Shown piece after piece: positions 7,886-16,156 of a stretch of DNA of 64,000 nucleotides. The notes under the pieces are model-generated. The model saw nothing but the letters and a program-made list of their open reading frames with translations, was not told the origin of the DNA and made no database searches. How positions within the stretch are numbered: position 1 is the first letter of the stretch; every line of letters starts with the position of its first letter. This DNA comes from Clostridia bacterium. GTDB taxonomy: Bacteria > Bacillota > DTU025. The position numbers were made by a program, and so were the translations under genes. The stretch spans positions 5,841 to 69,840 of the forward strand of contig JAYFQW010000024.1 in assembly GCA_034926675.1 (NCBI GenBank). The letters are read 5' to 3'.

Positions 7886-10670
7886 GCTCCACGCGGATTC
7901 TGTGCTCGCACTGCGAATCCAGGGCTTCGATGGCGCTCCGCGGCGCCAGAGCCCCTCGCGAGGTCAGCTTGAAGGATAGTTCCGCTCCGTCGACTGTCAC
8001 TGCAGTCACCCTGTATTCGCCATATTGCTTATGATGCTGATTGTGGTACTCGATCCACAGTCGCCGATCAGCATGCACACACTGGACCCCAGCGCACCCC
8101 GATGAATCGAACTCATCGGCAAGAAGCCTTGGGCAGAACAGCAAGTCGCCCATGGCGCCGCGCACTCCGTAGGCCTCGGATATCATGGTGATCAGGAGCC
8201 AGCTCGCGGATCCGGTAAGGTAGTGGTACACCCCACGCCCTCTCGCATCGATGTATTCGGGGATCCCTGGGTACATTCGGCTCGCGCCCGCGTCGCGGCA
8301 CAGCTTGTATACGGACTGCACGACATCCCGTCCCTCGGAGGCAAACCCGCGCTTGTATAGCGCGTTCGCGTACATCACCGCCATGTGGCTGAACATCGCC
8401 CCGTTCTCCTTGTGCCCATATGCGAAACTAAAGCACCTGCCCATGTCAGGGCGGGGGCAGATAGTGTTAGTGTTCAGGCGAATCCCTCCGTTGGCCGGAT
8501 CAGCCAGGCGTTTGCGCACTGCGCTGATGATCTTGCGCACCTGTTCATCACGGGCCGCGCCTCCCATTACCGTGAACACCTGCCCAGTTAGGGTCATCAC
8601 ATCGCCACCAACAGCAACATCGCCCGCGCCAGCGCCCGCATCAGCGCCCTCCAGCGAGTTCCCAGCATTGTCGTAGTATCCGTTGAACCAGCCAGATCCG
8701 TCGCCGGCCTCTATCCACTCCTCCTGCCTGATGTGCTCCTTGATCCATCGCGCCTTCCGTCGCAGATCGGCCCCAAGATCAGCCGCGGGGACTCTCCTCT
8801 TTCGCCCGCTCACCATGCCAGAACAGGACGCGAAGTACTCGCCGAGCACAGCGCGCTTGTCCGGCACTGAATCGTAGTCGGTGAGATGACCGCCAGCAGT
8901 ATCGATGAGGGGAGTGAGTTCCTCGGCAATCTCCAGTTCCAGCCCTGCCCGGATGCCACTTTCCATTGCGCCGTTTCGCCCAGGGCACGAGCTCTCGCCC
9001 AGGCCAGCCTCGCAGCTGCCTTTGCACGCGGCAAGGGCGTCTATCAGCTCAGCCAACCCCTCGAGGTTCCATCCATACATCGCAGTGAATGCCACGCTTT
9101 CCCCGCGGTCGCTCGCCATGTCGAGCGCATCATTCCAGTCGGCGCCCTCCAGGCGGATGGAGTTGTGCTCACCCACGTTGAAGAACTGCACCAGATGGGG
9201 AACAAGGAGATGCTCCAGGACCGACCCCAAGTATTCGGCGCCATCGGCCCGCCTGAGAACAGGCGGTTCGGCAGGGTTCCACCGTTCATCGCGCCGCTGC
9301 GCCCGGTCGAGCAGACCGTCTCTGAAGTAGCGCTGCTCCGAAAGGAGAAATTCGATATCTCCAGTGAGGTCGATGTACATCCTCACAGCTAGATACGGCC
9401 ATGCTCCGTGGTCCATCCACACCCTGGGAATACCGTTCCTATCGGCTACGAACTCCCCCGGATCGTGTCCGATTATCGTGGCATTGCTGCCATCGATCCT
9501 CACCCCTGCCAGACCCGACAGAAGCAGTTCCCGGGCGGGCTCGGGCTCCAGAAGAAGAACAGCAAGGCAATCCTGCCAAAGATCTCGCCAACCTCTGCCG
9601 CCCTTGCCGTAGTCATGATGCGGAAGGAACGAGCATCCGTAGATCCGTCTGAGCATCGGTTGAAGCGTCACCCATCTCATCCACGCATCGAACTGTGGAT
9701 CTCTCCCGTGGAAGGCGATTCCCCCAACCTTGCGCTCCCAGTGGGCGCAACACTCCGCCAACTGCTCTTCGAACGCCTTCGCAGAGCAGTACTTCTCGGC
9801 CAACCCGTCCACGTTGTCTTCGGAGATGGCCATGGCAATCACGTACGATCTGCTTTCCCCTGGCCGGAGCACGGCCTTTTCGAATCGGAGCGCTCCGGCA
9901 GCCTCATAGCCATCCACATTGGCCCCGGCGGGCAGCCAGTCGTCGGCATTTTCCACCACCGCTCTGGGCCATTCAAGGTTTCCACCCTCTCCCACGAAAT
10001 CGAGGAGCGCAGGATAGGTTCCCACGGGCGGCGCGCCGTCTTCATCAGCTCCGAGCACCGCATATGTCAGGCGATTGGGCCTATGCCCACGTTCGTCGAA
10101 AGACATCGTCGGTGTAACCGTGACTCCGTACCGGGTAGTGCGAGCCCGGTTAAGAAGCGATGTCACGTGCCGATGGTCCCTGATATTATCGGCAGACCGA
10201 CAATACATGGGTATTGCAGCGGTTGGGGTGATCTTCCGTGGATGCGCGCCCGTATTTGTCACCTTCACCAGCATTAGCTCAACCCGGTCGGCGCCCACCG
10301 GGACGAAGTTCGTGATCTCCGCCGAGATGAGGGCCTCGCGGGAGGCCCGGGTCACCCGGTGCCACAGGAACCCTGCATCAACCGTGACATCCTCTTTGGC
10401 GCAAGAGAACCCCATGGCGACCTGCCGGGCGGAATTCCCCGAGGCAGACCACGGGCCATACCCATCGACATACACCCAGAAATTCCTCGCCCAGCGCGAC
10501 TCGTGGAGATCCTCCGCGCTCGCAGGAGGCATCAGGTAAGCATGTTGCCCGGCCTTGATATCGCCGTGAAGCGTGGGCGTGATAGAGCACATCATCCCCG
10601 CTTCGTTGGCAAGCGGGAAGTACAGGTAGCTGATGCCGTCTGCACTCGGAAACGTGAACTCGCCTCTCAT
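7878..10670 (-). CDS. Glycoside hydrolase/phosphorylase of the GH94-like (GH36-superfamily, (alpha/alpha)6-barrel) type, cellobiose-phosphorylase-like
   Basis: 930 aa cytoplasmic protein with a GADWNDALD motif reminiscent of the GH94 catalytic region. It lies immediately downstream of two sugar ABC permeases. The family assignment is tentative. Confidence 0.55.
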   Translation of the reverse strand: MRGEFTFPSADGISYLYFPLANEAGMMCSITPTLHGDIKAGQHAYLMPPASAEDLHESRWARNFWVYVDGYGPWSASGNSARQVAMGFSCAKEDVTVDAGFLWHRVTRASREALISAEITNFVPVGADRVELMLVKVTNTGAHPRKITPTAAIPMYCRSADNIRDHRHVTSLLNRARTTRYGVTVTPTMSFDERGHRPNRLTYAVLGADEDGAPPVGTYPALLDFVGEGGNLEWPRAVVENADDWLPAGANVDGYEAAGALRFEKAVLRPGESRSYVIAMAISEDNVDGLAEKYCSAKAFEEQLAECCAHWERKVGGIAFHGRDPQFDAWMRWVTLQPMLRRIYGCSFLPHHDYGKGGRGWRDLWQDCLAVLLLEPEPARELLLSGLAGVRIDGSNATIIGHDPGEFVADRNGIPRVWMDHGAWPYLAVRMYIDLTGDIEFLLSEQRYFRDGLLDRAQRRDERWNPAEPPVLRRADGAEYLGSVLEHLLVPHLVQFFNVGEHNSIRLEGADWNDALDMASDRGESVAFTAMYGWNLEGLAELIDALAACKGSCEAGLGESSCPGRNGAMESGIRAGLELEIAEELTPLIDTAGGHLTDYDSVPDKRAVLGEYFASCSGMVSGRKRRVPAADLGADLRRKARWIKEHIRQEEWIEAGDGSGWFNGYYDNAGNSLEGADAGAGAGDVAVGGDVMTLTGQVFTVMGGAARDEQVRKIISAVRKRLADPANGGIRLNTNTICPRPDMGRCFSFAYGHKENGAMFSHMAVMYANALYKRGFASEGRDVVQSVYKLCRDAGASRMYPGIPEYIDARGRGVYHYLTGSASWLLITMISEAYGVRGAMGDLLFCPRLLADEFDSSGCAGVQCVHADRRLWIEYHNQHHKQYGEYRVTAVTVDGAELSFKLTSRGALAPRSAIEALDSQCEHRIRVELG

Positions 10671-10674
10671 GCCT

Positions 10675-11586
10675 CTACCCCTTCGTTGCTCCCTGCATCA
10701 GACCGGCAATGAACTGCCTCGACATGAACGCAAACACCACTATCAGGGGGAACGTGGCCATTACTGATCCCACCATGACCGCACCGTAGTCCACCGATGC
10801 CAGGCCTTGCATGGAGCGGAGGGCAACTGGCACTGTAAACGTGTTTCTATCGTGCAGCATTACCAGTGGCATAACAAATGAGTTCCACTGGCCGAGGAAC
10901 GACATGATCCCCTGTGCGCCTAGTGCCGGGCGAATCAGCGGGAGGATGATCTGGAAGTACATCCTGAACTCGCCGCAGCCATCGATCCTGGCACTGTCCA
11001 TCAGTTCACGCGGAACAGCACTGGCTATGTACTGACGCATCAAGAAGATGCCCATGGCGCTTGCCGCCCCAGGAAGATACAGAGCACGGGGGGTGTCATA
11101 CCACCCGAACTTCCTCATCATGATGAACGAAGGAATGATCATGACCCAACCCGGGATCATCACGGTTCCAAGCATCACCCGGAAGAGGGCTTCGCGACCC
11201 CGGAACCTGTACATCGCGAAACCATATCCTGCGAGCGAGCAGAGGAAGAGGGTGATCACGGTGCCGATCACTGCGATGTATACACTGTTCCAGAGGTTCC
11301 TCCAGAATGGTATCTGCGCAATCAAGCTGCGGTAGTTCTCAAGGAATGAACTCCCGAACCACATCGGAGGCGGCGATGAGAATATCTGGCTCCTGCTCTT
11401 GGTGGAGAGCACAAGCATGTACCAGAAGGGGAAGAACGAGGACAAGGTGGCTATCACCAGTGGAGCATACAGCAGGATCCTGGTTAGGACCATTAGGAGC
11501 CATCGACCTGCAGCGGATCGGCCGCATTCTGTTCCTCGCGCGCTCCCAACCCGTCCTCCGCCCATTTCCAACCTTCGTCTCCTCAT
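10675..11586 (-). CDS. Carbohydrate ABC transporter permease (MalG/AraQ-like)
   Basis: 303 aa with 6 TM segments and an EAA-like loop (IDGCGEFRMYFQIILPLIRPAL). Overlaps the upstream permease by 4 bp. Confidence 0.85.
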   Translation of the reverse strand: MRRRRLEMGGGRVGSARGTECGRSAAGRWLLMVLTRILLYAPLVIATLSSFFPFWYMLVLSTKSRSQIFSSPPPMWFGSSFLENYRSLIAQIPFWRNLWNSVYIAVIGTVITLFLCSLAGYGFAMYRFRGREALFRVMLGTVMIPGWVMIIPSFIMMRKFGWYDTPRALYLPGAASAMGIFLMRQYIASAVPRELMDSARIDGCGEFRMYFQIILPLIRPALGAQGIMSFLGQWNSFVMPLVMLHDRNTFTVPVALRSMQGLASVDYGAVMVGSVMATFPLIVVFAFMSRQFIAGLMQGATKG

Positions 11587-12593
11587 AGCCCGCCCTCCTC
11601 CCTATCGCCCCTCATTAGCCTGAAGTTGACCAGTGAGAATGCGAAGATCATCATGAACAACACCCACGAAATCGCAGCTGCCGATCCGAAGTATCTCCAG
11701 TCGAAGGCCACCTGGTATAGGTTCATGGCCACGGTGTAGCCTGCCATGGTCGTCCCGCCCGTCTTCGTAGTCAGGATCATAGGCTCAGTGAACAACTGCA
11801 TGCTCCCGATGATCGAAAGCGTAGCTGCGAACAGTATCATCGGGCGCAGAAGCGGAAGGGTGATTCTGAAGAATACCTGCGGCCATGTAGCGCCGTCCAC
11901 ACGAGCCGCGTCGTAGTACTCGGTGTTTATCGCCTGCAGGCCCGCCAGGTAAAGGATGGTGTTCCAACCAGTCCACTGCCAGACGATGAGAGTGGATATG
12001 GCGGGTTTAACGTACATTGCCTTCCCAAGCCAGTTCACCGGGGGGAGCAGGGATGCCATCCTAAGCAGCGTCTTCGCTGGCCCCCACTGGCATAAGGCCT
12101 CAAGCCCGTAGTTGATCAGGCCCATCCTGTAGCTGAACATGGCTTTGAAAAGAAGTGACACGGCGATGGCAGACGTGAGATAGGGCAGGAACAGACTGGC
12201 CTTGAAGAAGTCCTTGCAGCGCACGAATCCGCCGTTAAGAATAAACGCGAATGCCAAGGCGAACACGTGCTGAGGCACGGCCGATTGGAACATGAGAACC
12301 ACGGTGTTCCTCACAGCTCGCCAGAAGACGTCGTCAGTGAGAAGGTAAGTAAAGTTCTTGATGCCAGCCCACTCCATCGGTCCTACGCCATCCCAGGAGT
12401 GGAAGCCCAAGTACAGCGAAAACAGAAGGGGGAACGCGGAGAACACCAGGAACAAGATGAAAAAGGGCGAGATGAATACATAAGGAGCGGCCTTCTGGCG
12501 CCACATGGCCGAGCGGACAGCTCTTGTCCTCAACATGACCGCCACCATCCCCAAACGTAGATTATGGGAGGGGCCGGATGCATCCACCCGCAC
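11583..12593 (-). CDS. Carbohydrate ABC transporter permease (MalF/UgpA-like)
   Basis: 336 aa multi-TM protein with ARVDGATWPQVFFRITLPLLRP. The true start may be an internal Met (MLRTRAV...). Confidence 0.85.
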   Translation of the reverse strand: MRVDASGPSHNLRLGMVAVMLRTRAVRSAMWRQKAAPYVFISPFFILFLVFSAFPLLFSLYLGFHSWDGVGPMEWAGIKNFTYLLTDDVFWRAVRNTVVLMFQSAVPQHVFALAFAFILNGGFVRCKDFFKASLFLPYLTSAIAVSLLFKAMFSYRMGLINYGLEALCQWGPAKTLLRMASLLPPVNWLGKAMYVKPAISTLIVWQWTGWNTILYLAGLQAINTEYYDAARVDGATWPQVFFRITLPLLRPMILFAATLSIIGSMQLFTEPMILTTKTGGTTMAGYTVAMNLYQVAFDWRYFGSAAAISWVLFMMIFAFSLVNFRLMRGDREEGGL

Positions 12594-12647
12594 ACGGGTT
12601 CCGCTCCCAGCCCCTCTGTCCGGAGCCTCATTGCCATGAATACGGCT

Positions 12648-13916
12648 TTACCTGGCAGTCCTCTTTTCTATCTGAGCCTTTGCTTCCTTGAGAGCAAGGT
12701 CGATATCCTTGCCTTCGTTGAGAACTGACACCAGGGCGGTGCTCACCAGGTCCGAAGCAACGATATCGAACTTATTGGTCTCAATCTCGGGTATCCGCTT
12801 CGCTATGTCGACCCACAGGATCCTCGCCTGCTGACCGGCAAGGAATTCGATCTTCTCGTTGAAGTAGTCGCCTGTCCACGCCGGCATCCAGGCAGGGAAT
12901 GCGTTGGTGGTCTTGAACGAACTCATCTGGGCATCGGCATTGGCGGCGATGAACTCGATGAACTTCCAGGCGGCATCCTTATGCTTGCTCTGCTGCGGAA
13001 TCGCGAGGAAGCTGCCTCCCCAACCCACTAGGAGGTTCTTCTCGCCTGCCTTGAGTGCTGGGAATGCGGCTACTCCCCACTTGCCCTTGGTCTGAGGCGC
13101 CATCCAGTTCTGGAGATGCCCTCCGAGCCAGGCGCCGCTGGGCTGGTAGGCAATCAGGCCCTCCTGGAAGCAGGTGTACCACTCATTGGTCCACGCCCCA
13201 ACCTGAGCGTCCAGGCCAGCGTCTCTGAACTTCTTCGCCCACGTGAACGCGAGCTTGAAGCGCTCGGCGTCGACCAGGCACTTGCCGTTCCCGTCGAAGT
13301 ATGGGCCGGTCTTTATGATCATTGTAGCTATGTCGCCAGCATCGGGGATGAGCCAGCGATCCACCTTGCCGTCGCCATTAGTGTCGCGAGTCACTTTCTT
13401 GCCGAAGTTGTAGAGGTCATCGAGGGTCTTGATCTCCTCGATCTTGGTGTTGAACTGCGCGAAGATATCGCGCCTGTAGTAGGCGCACCCAGGAGCGATG
13501 TCAACAGGCATCGCAACAAGCCTGCCATCATCGGCAGTGCTCTGGGCCCAAGCGTAGGGGGCCACATTACTCTTGTAACGTCCCGCTTCGTACGGCTTCT
13601 GCAGCAGATCCACAAGGCCGCCGCTGGTGACGAACTTCGCTATGTACCCGATCTCGACCGCAGCCACGTCTGGGGCGCCAGACCCTGCCGCTATGGTGGT
13701 GACCAGATTATCGTGGTGGTCTGCGTAACCGAGGGACTTGATCTCCACCTCGATGTCGGGATACTTGACGCTGAATTTGTCGAGCAAGGCCTTGTAGGCA
13801 GTGTCGAGGTCAGGGAATACTCCTACGACGATCTTCTCCTTGGCGGCTCCTAGCGCCGCAGAGGACATCAAGACGAGGCACAGAATGGCGGCTGCCCAGA
13901 GAATGCTCTTCTTCAA
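12648..13916 (-). CDS. Extracellular sugar-binding lipoprotein of an ABC transporter (family 1 SBP)
   Basis: 422 aa with signal peptide MKKSILWAAAILCLVLMSSAALGA, as expected for a family-1 solute-binding protein. Confidence 0.85.
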   Translation of the reverse strand: MKKSILWAAAILCLVLMSSAALGAAKEKIVVGVFPDLDTAYKALLDKFSVKYPDIEVEIKSLGYADHHDNLVTTIAAGSGAPDVAAVEIGYIAKFVTSGGLVDLLQKPYEAGRYKSNVAPYAWAQSTADDGRLVAMPVDIAPGCAYYRRDIFAQFNTKIEEIKTLDDLYNFGKKVTRDTNGDGKVDRWLIPDAGDIATMIIKTGPYFDGNGKCLVDAERFKLAFTWAKKFRDAGLDAQVGAWTNEWYTCFQEGLIAYQPSGAWLGGHLQNWMAPQTKGKWGVAAFPALKAGEKNLLVGWGGSFLAIPQQSKHKDAAWKFIEFIAANADAQMSSFKTTNAFPAWMPAWTGDYFNEKIEFLAGQQARILWVDIAKRIPEIETNKFDIVASDLVSTALVSVLNEGKDIDLALKEAKAQIEKRTAR

Positions 13917-14059
13917 GATGAATCCCTCCTAAGGATTATTCGGTTCGCGATGGCTTACGAGTGTCAGAGTGTGCCCACCCTACTGGAACCTGACGGTATG
14001 TACCCCAAAGTAGCGCCGATAACAGCAGATTCCATGCACCACCCCTTCCGCATGCTCGA

Positions 14060-15085
14060 TTACGCTGTACAAGAAGATCCATTGCCCGCCACAGCAAGCC
14101 CTTGCCCGCACGATTCGCGAACAATGAGTTCCGTTCGAAGCACCAGGCGGACTGGGTTCCTCTCCTCTCCAGAGATGAGCCTGAGAAGCTTGGTTGCACC
14201 CATCTCCCCCATCTCAGCCATGGGCTGACTGACTGTGGTAAGGCGCGGCCTTACCAGGCGCGCATCTCTGATATCGTCGAATCCGATCACGGCGATGTCG
14301 CCTGGAACCGTAAGGCCCCGCTCGGAAAAGAGCTCCATGGCGCCGATAGCCATCATGTCACTTGCGCAGAACACCGCAGTTGGCCTGGGCGAGATCGAAA
14401 GAAGCGCAAGCGCGCCCTCTCGGCCGCAGTCGAGCGAATAGCCACACGAGCTCACCACCTCCGGGTCAAGCCCAGCTTCCTGCATGACGGAAACATACCC
14501 ACGCACACGTTCACTGCTCTCACACAGGCTATCCGGCCCCGCGATCATGGCGATTCGACGGTGGCCAAGCGACACCAGGCGCCGCGCCGCCTGCACTCCT
14601 CCGCTGAAGCTGTCAACCACCACCGAGCTAACCTCAGCGCCGATGGCCCCATCGATCAGGACTATGGGGAACCCGTCCTCCGCAAGCTTCGTGATGGCCT
14701 CCGCATCAGCGCTGCGAGGAGTGAGCACGAGGCCGCCATCGATCCTCCGCTCCCGCAGCAAGTGGACGTAGCTGACGCTTCTGGTGATGTTCTGCCCTAC
14801 ACAGCACACCACCATCTGGTAACCGCGATCCGACAAGGCCGATTCGATCCCATCGAGAATCGGAGCGTAGAATGGAGAGTTGAATTCGGGCACCAGCACC
14901 CCCACGAGGTCGCTGCGGCGCAAGGTCAGGCCCCTGGCCTGGGCATTCGGATGGTATTCCAGCTTCTTTATGGCCCTGGTCACTTTGGCCTGCGTATCGT
15001 GGCTCACCGGAAGCCCGTTCAGAACACGCGACACAGTAGCCTTCGAAACCCCGGCCGTTTTCGCAACGTCTGAGATAGTGGGCAA
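14060..15085 (-). CDS. LacI-family transcriptional regulator
   Basis: 341 aa with an N-terminal HTH (MPTISDVAKTAGVSKATVSRVLNG) and a periplasmic-binding-protein-like sugar domain. Confidence 0.9.
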   Translation of the reverse strand: MPTISDVAKTAGVSKATVSRVLNGLPVSHDTQAKVTRAIKKLEYHPNAQARGLTLRRSDLVGVLVPEFNSPFYAPILDGIESALSDRGYQMVVCCVGQNITRSVSYVHLLRERRIDGGLVLTPRSADAEAITKLAEDGFPIVLIDGAIGAEVSSVVVDSFSGGVQAARRLVSLGHRRIAMIAGPDSLCESSERVRGYVSVMQEAGLDPEVVSSCGYSLDCGREGALALLSISPRPTAVFCASDMMAIGAMELFSERGLTVPGDIAVIGFDDIRDARLVRPRLTTVSQPMAEMGEMGATKLLRLISGEERNPVRLVLRTELIVRESCGQGLAVAGNGSSCTA

Positions 15086-15172
15086 TCGAACCCTCTCCCC
15101 GTGCTTGAACTGGTCTTACTTCATATCGTTGCTGCTGGCTCCGTTTATGACTGCTAGCTGGCACGTTCGTAA

Positions 15173-15187
15173 TTGAACCGGTTTCAA
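15173..15187. promoter_or_regulatory. Candidate LacI-family operator (imperfect palindrome TTGAACCGGTTTCAA)
   Basis: A CG-centred inverted repeat about 88 bp upstream of the LacI-family gene start. It fits the generic LacI/GalR operator pattern TGnAAnCGnTTnCA. Confidence 0.35.
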
Positions 15188-15351
15188 CACAGTTATTCGC
15201 CAGCCTCAAAGAGACTCCTTCCACAGCAAAGGAATTATTCTTCGATGAACCCCGCACTGAACCGAGCTCGCATCGGACGCATGAACTTGATCGAGGCGCG
15301 GGCCGGCAATTGAGCATTGGACGCATTGCCAATATACGAGTCGCGCACCAG

Positions 15352-16059
15352 CTACTTCCCCATCTCCCTGTGAAGCTTGGCTAGGGCGCGCTTCTCGATC
15401 CGCGAGACATATGAGCGTGATATGCCCAGCGCTCGAGAGATCTCTCGTTGGGTCTGCCTTGTTTGATCTCCCATCCCGAACCTGAGCTCCAGCACCCTGC
15501 GTTCCCTGGGCGATAGCCTTGCTAGTTTCTCATGGAGTCGCTCCTGTTCCACCCTGGACTCCACCATCTCGGCCACTGTGTCGCCATCCTGCGTAAGCAC
15601 ATCCATCAGAACGATCTCATTGCCTTCCTTGTCGGATCCGATGGGGTCGTACAGGAACAACTCGCCGCGGTTCTTCCGGCCTGACCGAAGATGCATCAGG
15701 ATCTCGTTCTCGATGCAGCGAGCCGCGTACGTGGCTAGCCTGGTCCGCTTATGACGGTCGAAGGTGTTTATGGCCTTGATCAACCCGATCGTGCCGATGG
15801 AGATGAGATCGTCGGTGTCCTCGCCGGAACTGTCGTATTTCTTCACGACATGCGCCACCAAACGCAGGTTGCGCTCAACCAGGGTCGCTCTGGCTTCCTC
15901 GTCTCCCGCCTCTTTCCTATCGAGCATCTCCTGTTCCTCCGCCTCAGAGAGGGGTGACGGAAAGGCTCCATTTCCAGATACGTAGGAGGTCAGGAGCATG
16001 ATGCCCCTGGCAGTCAGGGCCGCAATAGCCGCAAATGCGCATAGTATGGCAGAAAGCAA
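15352..16059 (-). CDS. sigK: RNA polymerase sporulation sigma factor SigK (pro-sigma-K), uninterrupted
   Basis: YVSGNGAFPSPLSEAEEQ...NLRLVAHVVKKY...FLYDPIGSDKEGNEIVLMDVL closely parallels B. subtilis SigK. The ORF track starts at GTG 16131, but a TTG at 16059-16057 is preceded by GGAGGTGG at a 5-nt spacing. That start gives a 25-aa pro-sequence (LLSAILCAFAAIAALTARGIMLLTS|YVSG), as expected for pro-sigK. Confidence 0.85.
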   Translation of the reverse strand: MLSAILCAFAAIAALTARGIMLLTSYVSGNGAFPSPLSEAEEQEMLDRKEAGDEEARATLVERNLRLVAHVVKKYDSSGEDTDDLISIGTIGLIKAINTFDRHKRTRLATYAARCIENEILMHLRSGRKNRGELFLYDPIGSDKEGNEIVLMDVLTQDGDTVAEMVESRVEQERLHEKLARLSPRERRVLELRFGMGDQTRQTQREISRALGISRSYVSRIEKRALAKLHREMGK

Positions 16060-16156
16060 AGCAGGCCACCTCCATCTCGTGATACAGAGGCAGCCTATGA
16101 GACAAAAGCACATCGTGTGCGTGTCCTGCACGGGTCAGCGGGGATTCGTCAGTCCG

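Noticed and set aside
13116-15073. Long plus-strand ORFs (245 aa at 13116..13853 and 323 aa at 14102..15073) antisense to the binding-protein and LacI genes
   Set aside because: They have no domain signatures, are Arg/Pro-rich and sit opposite well-supported genes. They are typical high-GC antisense ORFs. Further examples are 9408..10277, 25883..26908, 40166..41458, 44150..45205, 51005..52243 and 22035..23928.
15352-16131. Skin-like intervening element or recombinase interrupting sigK
   Set aside because: The sigK reading frame is continuous across all four sigma regions. No integrase or recombinase gene lies nearby.
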